Part shown: piece after piece, positions 23,658 to 36,002 of the stretch
How positions within the stretch are numbered: the first letter of the stretch is position 1
How the letters are laid out: each line of letters begins with the position of its first letter
Source: Felis catus
Taxonomy: Eukaryota
Length of the DNA: 64,000 bases
NCBI RefSeq assembly: GCF_018350175.1
Contig: NC_058383.1
Location: forward strand, 13,270,001 to 13,334,000
Reading direction: 5' to 3'
The notes under the pieces: model-generated
What the model saw: the letters and a program-made list of their open reading frames with translations, nothing else
The model's database searches: none
What the model was told of the DNA's origin: nothing
Translations under genes and position numbers: made by a program

Positions 23658-23997
23658 TGCTACGGACTGAATTATGCCTCCGCCCAATTTGTATATTAAA
23701 CCCCCAGTGTATTTGGAGTAAGGAAGTAATTAAGGTTAAGTGAGGTCATAAAGGGTAGGACCCTGATTAATGCACAGGAAGGGTTACTGGAGAGCCAGCT
23801 CTCCCTCTCCCCGCCATGTGAGGACACAGAGAGAAGGTGGCTGTCTGCAAGCCAGGAAGAGAGTTGAGCTCTCACCAGAAACTGCCCATGCTGACCTTGA
23901 TCTTGTACTTCCAGCCTCCAAGACCATGAGAAAAGGTCTGTTAATTAAGCCATCAGTCTGTGGAATTTTGTTATGGCAGCCTGCGCCTAGTTGAACA
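23658..23997 (+). mobile_element. MaLR solo LTR (MLT1A-like)
   Basis: tgctacggactgaatt...catgtgaggacacagagagaaggtggc...ttttgttatggcagcc...aca. Confidence 0.85.
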
Positions 23998-24259
23998 TTA
24001 ACGTACCCAGGGATAGGGGAGGGACCCTCAGCCTTGATGAGAATTTAATATTTGATTGGACTGGAAATGTATTGGTACCAAAACAGTGGCAATTTGGGTA
24101 GAGGTTTGCTCTTAAAATTCATATCTTAAAAGTTTCGATAGCTTTTAACCAAAGTATTTTATATCCTTACGAATTCTAGATGTTCATAATCTAGCAATGA
24201 AAATGAATAGTCACTAAGTATATGGGTTAGAGGAGAATAATGCCTTTTCTGGAGATAAG

Positions 24260-25270
24260 GTTTTAAAACTTATTTTTATAGCAACCTTAAAATGTATACT
24301 AAAATAGAGATAATAGTGTAATAAACCCACATGTGTATGCTCATCATCCAACCTCAGCAATTAAGACATGTCTCATCTTATTTCATCAGTATCCCTTATC
24401 TCCCCAGCCACCTCCCCACAGGTGCTATTCTCCCTATCGCCTGCATTACTTTGAAAAGTAAACCCCAAATAGCAACTCATTTCAGTCATAAATATTTCAG
24501 TATGTAGCTACAAAAAGCTTGCCCTTGTTCTTGTACCTATATCAAAATATAAACAGTTTTTAATATCATCAATACCTGGTCAGTGGACATATTTTTGAGT
24601 TTGTCTCATAATTAATTTTTCAGCACTTTGCTCAAATTAGGTTGAAAACAAGATCTGTTTCTGTCAGAGTGTTGAGGTGCCTTACCTGTTATTCCATCCC
24701 TACTTTTCTGTGCTTACTTTGCAATTTATTCTTTGAGGGAATCTGGCAATTGATGGATTTTGCTGATTTTGTATCCCCTGTTACAGAGTTTAACACTTGC
24801 CCCTATCCCTTACATTTCTTGTAAGTTTGTATTATAATGTGTGGTAAATCAGATTCAGGTTTGATTTTTTGGGGGAGGTGGGGGTGGGGTGGGGTGATGT
24901 GTTCTTATATCAGGAGACATACATTATCTGGTTTTCTCTCTTTTTAGGTTATGGAAGCCAATGATGCTTGATTCCTTACTTTATTTTTCTTTTTCATTAT
25001 CACAAGGTGCTCCGAAGATAACCAATAAGGCATATTTGTTGGTTTTCTTTTAGTGTAATTGTTTATTTGTATAACCATAATTGATAGGTTTCAATTCTCT
25101 GTGAATATCAATTCAATTATGATATTGATAAAAAAGTCCCATCTGTGATTAGTGGAAGCACCTCAAATTTGGATTGCAAGTCTCTTTGCCATGGTCTTTC
25201 TGGGATGACAAGATGTGTCAGACTCAACTTACATATTTCTTTCCTTAGACCTCTGTTGGCTATTTTTTCA
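24260..25270 (-). mobile_element. Old L1 3' region (L1MC4/5-like)
   Basis: aaaatagagataatagtgtaataaacccacatg...catcatccaacctcagcaatta, typical of old L1MC 3' ends. Confidence 0.6.
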
Positions 25271-26407
25271 TGGTAGAATGGGAAAAATAAAACACATAAA
25301 GCATTCTGTGTTTGAGGTGATGGTCATTTTAAAGAATGCCAGGCCATTTAGAAAGTTGTTTGAAAACATGTTTTCTTATAGAAAAATATAAAGTTATGTG
25401 TATTTGTTATTTTTGTATATTCATCCTCACCAACCAATTAATATGGTCTCAGAATTTCTTTTTATTAATCAAAATCTCATTATCAGAGGTCTAGAAACTT
25501 TGCCAAAGCAGTCAGACATTCCTCCATCAAGTTACTGCATTGCTCATGTGTACTGCATGTGAATTTCCGAGGTAATTGGAAAATAGATTTATCTTTTAGT
25601 CCACAGTCATACTCAAGGAATGCCAAACATCTTCTGTTCATTCAGGCTTTTCTCTTTAATTCCATTCTTGTACTTCCTTCCCCCATTTCCCTATAGTTTA
25701 GACTTCCTTTTCAGTAGAAAATGAAGTCAGGTATGTTATCATGTTTTTGTCAACATAATTCAACCTAGAAATAGTACCCAAGTTGTAGATAGAGAGATGT
25801 GAGTTATATATCAAGCCTTGCTATTTACACTTCCATTCTCTTCCCTTCACATTATTAAGTTATAAAGAAATAGTATTGTAATAGCCTCTTGGCTAAATCA
25901 TAGAGAGTTATGATTCTCTTGATAAGCTGTAGAACATTATTAAGTTCTGCTGTCTGGGTCGAGTGTCTATTGGAAGGATATCAAAGTTGGTCAGATTGCA
26001 CTTGATTGTCTTAATTGCTTCTTGTTTATGTTCAAAACTATGCAGTTAGATTGATCTTGGCTCATTTTCCTCTCTTTATTAACTTTCAGGGTTTATTTTT
26101 ACTGCTGTGAAGTCCACTGAATTCCTTTAAGTGTTGAATAATACATGTGATTGACAAGTGGAAGTACTTCAGTAGTTTCCATTTTCCAGCTAATAACGCA
26201 ACCTTCAAGTTATCATCAGTGCAATACCTTAAATATTTATTTGGGAACATCACTGTAACATTTAGATAAATAGCACTCCAAAGTCCAGGCATATCCAAGA
26301 ACCCTATCTTATTTTGCATTAGTGAAACTTAACTAATTCCATTGGAATGATTTTATGATCAATGGATTTAGAAGCAATTTCTCCTTTTCTTGTCTTTGTA
26401 AACCCAC

Positions 26408-26572
26408 TGTGGTAGGCAGAATTCCAAGATGGCCCTCAGGACACTTGCCTCCTGTTTACTCCAGTTAGATTTGTATATAGCTTAGTTGACTTAAAGAAAG
26501 GGAGTTATCTTCTGTGAGCCTGACCTAATCAGTAAAATCTTTAACAGGGAATGGTTTCTGGAGTAAGAGGTG
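26408..26572 (+). mobile_element. MaLR LTR 5' fragment (MLT1E/F-like)
   Basis: tgtggtaggcagaattccaagatggccctc...gggagttatc...gcctgacctaatca. Confidence 0.7.
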
Positions 26573-26592
26573 AAAATGATAGCACCTTTTAC

Positions 26593-26766
26593 TTTTTAAA
26601 ATAAACCACCTTATTGAAATATAAGTTACATGTCATGAAATCCAATTATTGTAAGTGTACAATTTAATGAGTTTTAGTAAATTTATAGAGTTGTATGAGC
26701 ATCACCGTACTCCAATTTTAGAACTTTGCCATCAACTCAAAAATTTTCCTTATGCCCATTTGCAGA
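26593..26766 (-). mobile_element. L1MB-type 3' end fragment
   Basis: ttattgaaatataa...aagtgtacaatttaatgagttttagtaaatttatagagttgt...ccaattttagaac. Confidence 0.75.
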
Positions 26767-26995
26767 TTGGTGGACTCTTACATTCTTATGAAAGATTCTG
26801 TTAGAACTCGGTGAACTACCTTTATTTTATTATTAAATTTAATTTGTGTATTTCATCAAATTTTTGCAGCTTTTTTAATTAAAAAATCATTCTGTAGTTC
26901 TCTTTGTGTTTCATTATTGGATTTTGGCATAAATTCACTTTGCACATTTTTCTTAATGCTCTTTATCAAATTTTGCTAAAATTTTTTAAATGTTT

Positions 26996-27195
26996 GGGGC
27001 ACCTGGGTGACTCAGTTGGTTAAGCCTCTGACTTCGGCTCAAGTCATGATCTCATAGTTCGTGGGTTCGAGCCCCACGTTGGGCTCTGTGCTGACAGCTT
27101 AGAGCCTGGAGCCTCCTTCAGATTCTGTGTCTTCCTATTTGCCCCCCCCCCCCACTTTCAAAAGTAAAAAAAAACTTAAAATTTGTTTTAATTAA
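26996..27195 (+). mobile_element. Felid Can-SINE with a shortened CT segment
   Basis: ggggcacctgggtgactcagttggttaagc...gggttcgagcccc (Pol III A and B boxes), A-rich tail. Confidence 0.9.
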
Positions 27196-27399
27196 AAGAT
27201 TTTTAAAAGTTTAAACTATTTGGTTATGATTTTGACAGTACCACATAGAATGTTTAGTACTATAATTTAGACATATATTTATTTTCACAATTTTATAGTA
27301 CTTGTATTCTTACATTTTACATTATATAATATTATATAATTATTATATTATTATGTTTGATTGTATTTGATTTTGTTCTTTATCACTTTTTTCTTCGAT

Positions 27400-28990
27400 T
27401 TGTAAGTAGTATGTCCCTCTAAATTCTGTGAGTTTCACTCCCATTTATACTCTAGTTTAGTAATTGTGAACAGTATTTCAGTTTCCAATTCATTATGTAC
27501 TTTTCACTTTTGGAATCTCTTTTCTTTATTTGTCCCTGTAGTTGCTTTTTTGTCTTCTTTCTTTTTGATCTCTATAACTAGGCTCTTTACTTACTATTAC
27601 TGTCCACTTTACAAAATAAATTAAAGTCTCTGAGTTAACCTCTAGCACAGAATTTACAGCACCCTGTAAATTTTTTTATCTTATGTATTTATAATTTTAT
27701 TTTCTAAACTTTTAAATGGTGTCTTTATGATTCTGACTTTGACTCAACTGTGATTATGGAGACAACTTTTAAAAATATGTTTTAAAGATTTTTAAAAATC
27801 TCTAGGTGATAGGAATATTTATTTATTTAGAGAAAATTTTATTTATTTATTATTTTTTTAATATAACTTATTGGCAAGTTAGCTAACATACAGTGTATAC
27901 AGTGTGCTCTTGGCTTTGGGAGTAGATTCCCATGATTCATCACTTACATTAAATTGTTATTAATTTTTATCATAGAGGAGGCTGCTCATGTGATTTCTAC
28001 ATTTTGAAATTTATTCTGATATTCTTTGTGGCCTAGTCTATCTTCAGTTGGTGCTGATGTCCTATGGGTATGCTCAAAGACGTGGTCTCTGGTAATCACC
28101 AAATTTATTACATATTGGCTCAAACTGAGTCTTTTAGCATCTGTGTCTTTTTCTATTGCTCTGTTTTCTGTCTTCCTGATTAATAGGATGCTAAAGAGTC
28201 CCATCTTGATTTCCTCGATTACTTAACATACTTCTTTACTTTATACATTGGCATAAAAAACTTATGACTCAACCCTTCAGTATAAAGTACAGACCTATGA
28301 AGGGTAAAGATGTTATCTCTTATCACTGTAAAATGGCTGTCTTTGACATATGACTTCACCTAACCATTTAATCCTTTGTCTTTTTTTTCCGCTCTCTTTT
28401 ACTAGGAGTTCTAACTAACAAATAATTGGATATTCATTTTTTCATTTATTCATTTATTTATTTAACCTCACAAATAGTAGATGTTCTTGCTGTTTTAAAA
28501 AATGGGGCTTAATCCATATATGTTATTATTATAACCAACATACTTATATGTTTTTGCTATCTTGCTATTTCCCTTATTTTCCACATATTCCCAATTGAGA
28601 GTATTGATTATAATTTTGATCCTTTTATATTTGATACTGATTTAGAAGACATTATTTTTAATATCTAAATTTTACCAGTGGTTAACTGTAAGATTATCAA
28701 ATCCTTACTTAAAACTTTCTCTACTTATTGAAGACAATAACAAGATAATTTCTGATTCTGTGATCCTGGAGAAATTTTACACAAATTTCTTGCCCTGCCT
28801 TAGTTTCCAGAATTTATGTTTACCTTTTAGGCACAACTTGTTATATTGTATGTTTAAAAGTACAATATATTATTAATGTCCTAAAATGTTTTTTCTATTC
28901 AAATTTATAATTTTGTTTGTATTTCCTGTTAGCTTATTTTGATGTGTCAGCTTTTCATTAAGTAGTTTAGTTCTCTTTCTCTCATCTTAA
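27400..28990 (-). mobile_element. Very old, degenerate L1 body
   Basis: Antisense endonuclease-region-like phrases (ttctacattttgaaatttatt, gatgctaaagagtcccatc); no ORF. Confidence 0.5.
27838..27948 (-). mobile_element. Short 3' tail of a carnivore/felid L1
   Basis: ttattggcaagttagctaacatacagtgtatacagtgtgctcttggctttgggagtagattcccatgattcatcacttaca preceded by a T-rich tail. Confidence 0.75.
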
Positions 28991-29024
28991 GTACCTTTTA
29001 AAACTCAAGGAATAAGACAATACA

Positions 29025-29283
29025 GATGCACTACAGCCACTCTGAAAAACAGTATGGAGGTTCCTTAAAAAATTAAAAATAGAAATACCCTATGATCCAA
29101 CAATCATACCATTGGGTATTTGCCCAAAGGAAATACTAATTTGAAAAGTTACATGCACCCACATCTTTATTATGGCATTATTTATAAGACCCAAAATATG
29201 GAAGCAACCCACATATTTATTGATAGATAGGTGAATGGATAAAGATGTGACACACGTGCGCGTGTGTGTGCGCACACACACAT

Positions 29284-29319
<36 letters not shown>

Positions 29320-29792
29320 AATGGACTATTACACAGTCATGTAAAAGAATGAGATCCTGTCATTTACAACAACATGGATGGACCTAGGAGGTATTATACT
29401 AGATGAGATAAGTCGGACCAAGAAAGACAAATACATTATTTCACTCAGAAGTGCAATCTAAGTAACAAAACAAATGAATAAAGGTACCAAAAACAGAGTC
29501 ATACCTATAAATACGTAGAACAAGGTGATGTTTGGCAGAGGGAAGTGGGATGAGTGAATGGGCAAAATGGGGGAAGGGGAGTGGGTATTACAGTTTGCCA
29601 GTTATAGAATGAATACATTCTAGGAATAAAAGGTACAGCATAAGGAATATAGTCAATGGTATTATAATAGAATTGTATGGTGACACCTGCACTTGTGGGC
29701 AGAACAACATATGGAGATGTTGAATCACTAGGTTGTACCTGAAATTAATAAAACATTGTGTGTCAACTCTACTCAAATAAAAAATAAAAAAA
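29025..29792 (+). mobile_element. Carnivore L1 3' fragment, sense to AUTS2, with an internal (CA)n
   Basis: aacagtatggaggttccttaaaaaattaaaaataga...caacaacatggatggacctag...cattgtgtgtcaactctactcaaataaaaaa. Confidence 0.88.
29249..29317. repeat. Mixed (CA)n/(GT)n/(GC)n purine-pyrimidine microsatellite
   Basis: Read directly in the sequence. Confidence 0.9.
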
Positions 29793-32700
29793 TATAGTAC
29801 AAATTCAACCCAATCTATGGGGAATATTTCAACAAATGGGAAGAGTTTCATTTTGGAAAAAAAACCACAAACGTTTTTACAAGATTAAATACTTGCCATT
29901 TTGATGTTAGTGAAGGCATGTTACAAAATTTCATTGAAAAATAGACAAGTCTGTGCTTATTGACACATTTTTAAAACATTGTGTGAAGTTCATTCAGATC
30001 CCTGCAGGAAAACTCAGCAGTCAGACACAGGATTTATGCTGCTTTGAGGGACCAAAATGGTGGTAGGAGATTACTTTTGGATGCTTTTCTGCATTGCAGT
30101 GCATAATTCACATCATTCCGCTTGAGTTTCAGGCATTGGTATCATCTCCACATACTTTATCCTTCTGCGAATTTTGTTTGAAGAGTTAATGACACCCACA
30201 GAGCATCTAGCATCTTGAACTCTCCATACTCAAGCTGAAGAGTGGCAGAGCCTGGGTCACAAATCTCGGCGGGTGTATACAGAATTCCTCCACCTTCACT
30301 GAGTCCAGCGTGATGGGATTTCGTTACATGTTCATTAGCAGCGATAAAACCATGGATCGTTATTTTCCTAATTAGCCATTAATAACAGTTAACTCTAATG
30401 ACATAACAGCTTCAGAGTTTTTGATTGTATTGTTGACAATGAAGTCGAATGGAAAACAGCTCATCTTCTTATATATTGTAAAAGTTGTTAATCTTATTCA
30501 TAGGATCACTACCACTCATGCCAGATACTAGCTTCCTTTTTATTTCATTTGTTTTGTTCTAATTCTGATGCCAAAATTGTATAATATTCTAATGAGAAGA
30601 CAATTCTGGAAATGAGTGAATCACATTAATTTTTAAGTAAACAAGGTATTTTAGCGTATCTAAAAAATGGTAGTAAGAAATCTCATTGCATCTGTTATAG
30701 CAATAGCTTTCTTACAACAGCCGCCATGGGTGCTAGGACAAATCAATGCAAGCGGATCGATTTTTCTTAGGTCTTTAAATGTTTAAGCCAGCACCTGGCC
30801 TTTGTAATGTCTCTTGGTTGTAGGTAATAGCTGGGAATTTCAGGTGAAGGATTACAACTTCTAAGTTAGCTGTGCTACCCCAAATGATCCATTGGATATG
30901 GCTGAAAATGCCAGTTTTAAATGTATTCATGGGATTAGGAGTGAATACTTCTTTGCCTGAAATCTTGTGGTTTAGCTTTAGTACTTACTGTAGTCAATCC
31001 ATTTCTTTGAAATATTGAGCTGTCTGACAGCTTAAAATCCTAAGTTTCCTTTAAACTTGAGCCTGGCTTTGGAGGAGAAAAGGGCAGTGTGGGGGCGGAT
31101 TTTATGTAAGGCTCTCCAAAGAGAATTCACTGATGTGCTTTTGCTGGAAGGGCACAGGGAAGGCAAGGAAGCTGGTTCATCTCAGTCCTTCTTGGGTTTT
31201 GCCCTTAGCCTAGATCAACATTTAGTCAGATAATTTACATCAGAGCCACTGAAGTCTCTTGTTGGGCCTGTTAAAGTCATCATTTTCCTTCTATGAAGAA
31301 ATATGGAAGAGATCCAAATGCCATGTCCAGATTTTGGTAAGCCAGGTGGATATCAGGAGAAGTCTTCATGCTCTTATGCTGTTAATTCCCTACGGGATGT
31401 TTATCTCGTCTAGGTTGAGGGGCTGAGTTTTTATAAACACCTCTTGATCAATATCACCTTATGAGACTTCTTTTTGTGTGTGTGAATTAAGTCAGGTACC
31501 ACAAATATATTAAAAACATACTCTGTAGAGAATATTCATATCCTGCAGATTTCATTATTTCCACACGAAATGCTAACATACTAAATAGGTTCTAAGAAGT
31601 AAAATGAAGAGAGCGGTAAGCTGTACAGATATGGACTGAGTCCTAGATATCTTGCTTAATTCTGAGCATATTACTTGCTCTATTTGTTTCTTCATTCACT
31701 CATTGGAAGTAGCATTACCTGCCTTTACTTAAGTCAGAGGTCCAGGGAGATGAAAATTATGACATTGCCTATAAATTAGAGTGCCTATTCCACATACAGA
31801 TTTTATCTGTATGTAATAACAGTATGTATATATGTATGCATACATATATGTATGTAATAATGTATGTAATAACAGTAAGCCTTTTCATACTTGAAAGTAT
31901 ATAATTATCAGAGGCGTGTAATGAAGAATGATATACTGGCTAAACTTTGAAGGCATACATCAAAAAATATATCTAGAAAGAAGGAGCTCTTCAAAAACCA
32001 TAGCGGATCATATCTGAGCATTAAAAGCAATCTTGACCCAAAATGCACAGAGAAGGGTAGGATGAGCTTTACTGGTTGAGGAAATCTAGTGTGAATACAT
32101 AGGTGCAGGATGGAAATGGACATGACATGTTCAGGAAATTGAGAGAAAGTGATGTTCATTTTAGATTAAATTCCCCTTTATTATAAGTGTAAAAATGAAA
32201 ATTTGAAGAGAATGACAATATTCTGAACTTTTATTCCATAGTAATAAGAAAAGGCTCATATAGCTTGCATCTGAATTAACTTAGAATTAGCAGGTTTAGC
32301 AGTAATTTAGAAGGAAACTAAGTACTTAAGGGCCCAGGAGGATACAAAGTAAAATGAGTATCATTTTTCTGGGTTCCATTAGAGAAGACTTCTGGAGAAA
32401 GGGAGTTTTAGAAGAAAGTGATAAAAGTGGATTTGTAGAAAGGCTGAAAGCAAAAAACGAATGCTCTGTATAGTGGGGATTTGGGGACAGCTTATTAGCT
32501 GGTGTGACCCAGAGTGGGACCTGAACTGCAGTTTTTAAAGAAGCACATTAGACAAGGAATGTGGATTTAGATTCATTCTCCATTTGTCTTGCTTCACATT
32601 CCCCCTTGGCCCCGGAGCCACATGAAAACCTGCAGGCAAAAATTGTGCTACCTATTACCTGTTCTTCTCTCTGAAATTCCCTCCTTCCCAGAAGTATGGG

Positions 32701-33229
32701 GCTTATGTTTTGTTTGAGACTTTCCATGTCTGATCCATGCACCCCTCTGTAATGTTTCTTCCAATTTCCTCCCAGAAGGAAATCTCTGTTTCAGATAAGA
32801 CTCCTTCTGATCATTTCCTAGCATGTTGCTTTCCCTGCCTTTGCTTTCTGTCTTTCTCCTGTCAAGAGTATCTTCCCCTCTCCTCTCAGCCATATGAGCT
32901 CAATCCACTTTGAAAATCCAAGGCTTCAGAGGTTACCTTTCTTCCTTCTTTTTGGTGTTACATTTAGCATGTGTTTCCTTGTGTTATTATATTTGCTTGT
33001 CTCGCCGTCTTTCCCTTGCGAGATTAAGAACATTGTGAAAGGGCTGTATGTTATAACCTGCATCAGATTGCTTGGGGTCTCTCCAAAGGTGGTTGCTGAT
33101 GATAGCATCATAGACTAATGGTCCATATGTGGGGGACTCATAGTCCCATATAGACTAATCGTTTGCAGTTCTGTGTGTTTATTCATTTCAGTGGAATATC
33201 AGAGCTGGGTAAATGTGTAGAAACTGCCA

Positions 33230-33351
33230 ATATGTAAGCTTCATAAGATTAGAGACTTTTTACCTTTTTTTTTTTTTGGTTTAGCATCATATTTTCAGCT
33301 CTTACTACCAGGCCTAGATGCCACACTCAATACATATTTGTTGAATGAGTG
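33230..33351 (+). mobile_element. L2 3' end fragment
   Basis: atgtaagcttcataagattagagac...cactcaatacatatttgttgaatgagtg. Confidence 0.7.
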
Positions 33352-33710
33352 CTGGCTAATATCCTTAAGCTGTAGGTCTTAATTTGGTACTCTTAAATAT
33401 CTGACAGGGGACCTCCACAGCATTGTCTCAGAAATCAGGATCATTGTCGTCTTGGTGGTTGAACAATAACATAGAGCATCTCATCATTTTCTCCTAGAAG
33501 AAGACATTGTCTTTTGCTCTGTTTTGTTGTATTCTTTCTTCAGAGGAGAACAGGGGAAATAAAGCGGGCCCCCAGAGTTGGTGTAATCTGGCTTTAATTC
33601 ATTGTGTTTGGTCTTTATATTATTGACAAAAATGCCCCAGTGGAATAGAGGAAAAATCAGAGGGAAGATTAATTTCCAAGATTCATGGACCTTTGTTAGA
33701 TTTTTTTTTC

Positions 33711-33713
<3 letters not shown>

Positions 33714-33758
<45 letters not shown>

Positions 33759-33789
33759 CGCGCGCGCGCGCGCAGGTGCGTGTGTGTGT
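33714..33789. repeat. (TG)~20-(CG)7 compound microsatellite ~220-300 nt upstream of exon 3
   Basis: Read directly in the sequence. Confidence 0.97.
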
Positions 33790-34011
33790 TTAGGCTTATT
33801 CACTCAGATTTACATTGACATTTTATGGTATATGTTTTGCTTAGCCTGCCCTCTGTGTTTCTTCCTGCGTCCGCTTGCCTGGCACTACTCAGAAGCTGAG
33901 AAGAATGTTCAAATGCAGGACCTTAAGTTGTTCACTTTGACAAGACCTGAAGAACAGTTGTGTGAGGAGACCACTGACTTTGTTCTTTCTCCTCTTTTCT
34001 TTTGCCTTTAG

Positions 34012-34296
<285 letters not shown>

Positions 34297-35003
34297 TAAA
34301 ATGTGCTTTACTACTTGTTAGGTGGGTGGGAGTACTTGTGGCCTTAGGAATAAGAGATTACAAGGGGAAGTGGTAATACTTTCAGTGTCAATGTTGCAAA
34401 TGAAAAAAGTAGTCCAGCAGTGCTACCACTGGAAGATGACATCATTTAACTTTGGGCTTTTTGTAATATCTTTGCCTGTGACATTGGTAAACGTCCCTGT
34501 CTGTCATTTGATTCCTGTTAGAGAGGATGGCTAACCACCACCTACTTGGCAAGAGAAGGAGTTTTATTTCCTGACTGATTTGCAAAGGAAAAATCCTTGT
34601 GATAACACACCGTACCTCCTGAGGGCTCTGTCACCCCCCTAGACCTGCCTCCTCCCACTCTGCAGCCTCCTACCTGCCAACAGGGCAGATTCCCCTTTGC
34701 CACCTCCCGAGAGCACCTGATCCTCTGGGCTCTCTTTTCTTCTATCCTAACATGTCACATGACAAGATTCTTGACCCATCTTTACCCCTGAAAGCAACAC
34801 TTGGAAGCTTTCTTATAAAATGACCATTCAGGGAGAAGTTTTTATTAGTAGTAACAACAAAGGAACATTCACAGATTAAGTGAGATAGTACTCTCAAGAA
34901 AGAGACAGAAATTCAGAGTCTCTGAGTTTTAAGAAGAATAAGCAGAATTAGGACATATAATAAGGAGCAGAAACCTTTTGGCCTTTGTCTTCCTTTTTTT
35001 AAA

Positions 35004-35253
35004 TGATTTTTAAACAGTTTTTTTTAATGTTTTTGATACTTGAGAGAGAGAGAGAGATAGAGAGAGAGAGAGCAAGCATGAGTGAGCGAGAGAGGGGCAG
35101 AGAGACAGGGAGACACAGAATCCAAAGCAGTCTCCAGGCTTCATGCTGTCAGCACAGATCCCAGAGCCCAATGCGTGATCAAACCCCCAAGCTGCAAGAC
35201 CATGACCTAAGCCAAAGTCGGTCACTTAACCGACTGAGCCACCCAGACGCCCC
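35004..35253 (-). mobile_element. Felid Can-SINE
   Basis: T-tail, long (GA)n and body ending gagccacccagacgcccc. Confidence 0.92.
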
Positions 35254-35272
35254 TCTTTTTTTTTAATACTCT

Positions 35273-35504
35273 AAAGCATTTGTCTTCATCATGGTGTACA
35301 AGATGATCCAGTGTGTTGCAAGAAAAAACATATTAGAACTTATTTATTTTGTGTCTAAAAACAAAGGAAATTAAACTTTTCTAATACTTAATTTAATGAG
35401 GTGGGAGTAGTTCATGTATATAATTTATAAACACATGTGTTTTAGGAGTGTGCTCAAAACTTTAACTAAGGGGTGTTCCTCAGCATAAAAGGTTAGAGAA
35501 CACT
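35273..35504. mobile_element. hAT-Charlie MITE (MER112-like)
   Basis: ...gtagttcatgtatataatttataaa...gtgtgctcaaaa...aaaaggttagagaacactg, a Charlie-type terminus. Confidence 0.55.
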
Positions 35505-36002
35505 GCACAACTTTGTGTCATTCCTGTAATCGTCTCCCATCCATTTCTCCATCATCCAAGGTAGACCCTCTCAGGACACAGCCATCTTCCTCCACCTCTC
35601 AGGAAAATTTGAGAGATTTAGAGTGAGAGTTGATATAGAGAACATTGACTTCTGGAAAGAATTAAGTGGAATAAACAAAGTATAATTATTTCTTTGGTAC
35701 TCTTAATGTCTTAATTGTAATTAATTGCATCCCATTCTTCTAATAAGGTTTAATATCCATTATACAACTAATACTAACTCAGTCTTTTGCTGTGTGAGTA
35801 TGTCTGTGTATAAGAATATTTCTTTGTGTGTTTTTATATTTCATTAACTTGGTGATGGAACTATAAATTATAAAACCGTAACAGTAAGAAATACTAAGTA
35901 AGAAATACTTAGTTGAATACAGTAAGTATTCAATACAGTAAGAAATACTAAGTTGTTAACAATACTCAATACTTACGTAGCTCCTCTGAGATTTAATTTT
36001 CA

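Noticed and set aside
26996..27080. tRNA gene (A and B boxes present)
   Set aside because: It is the tRNA-derived head of a Can-SINE, as at the other SINE copies.
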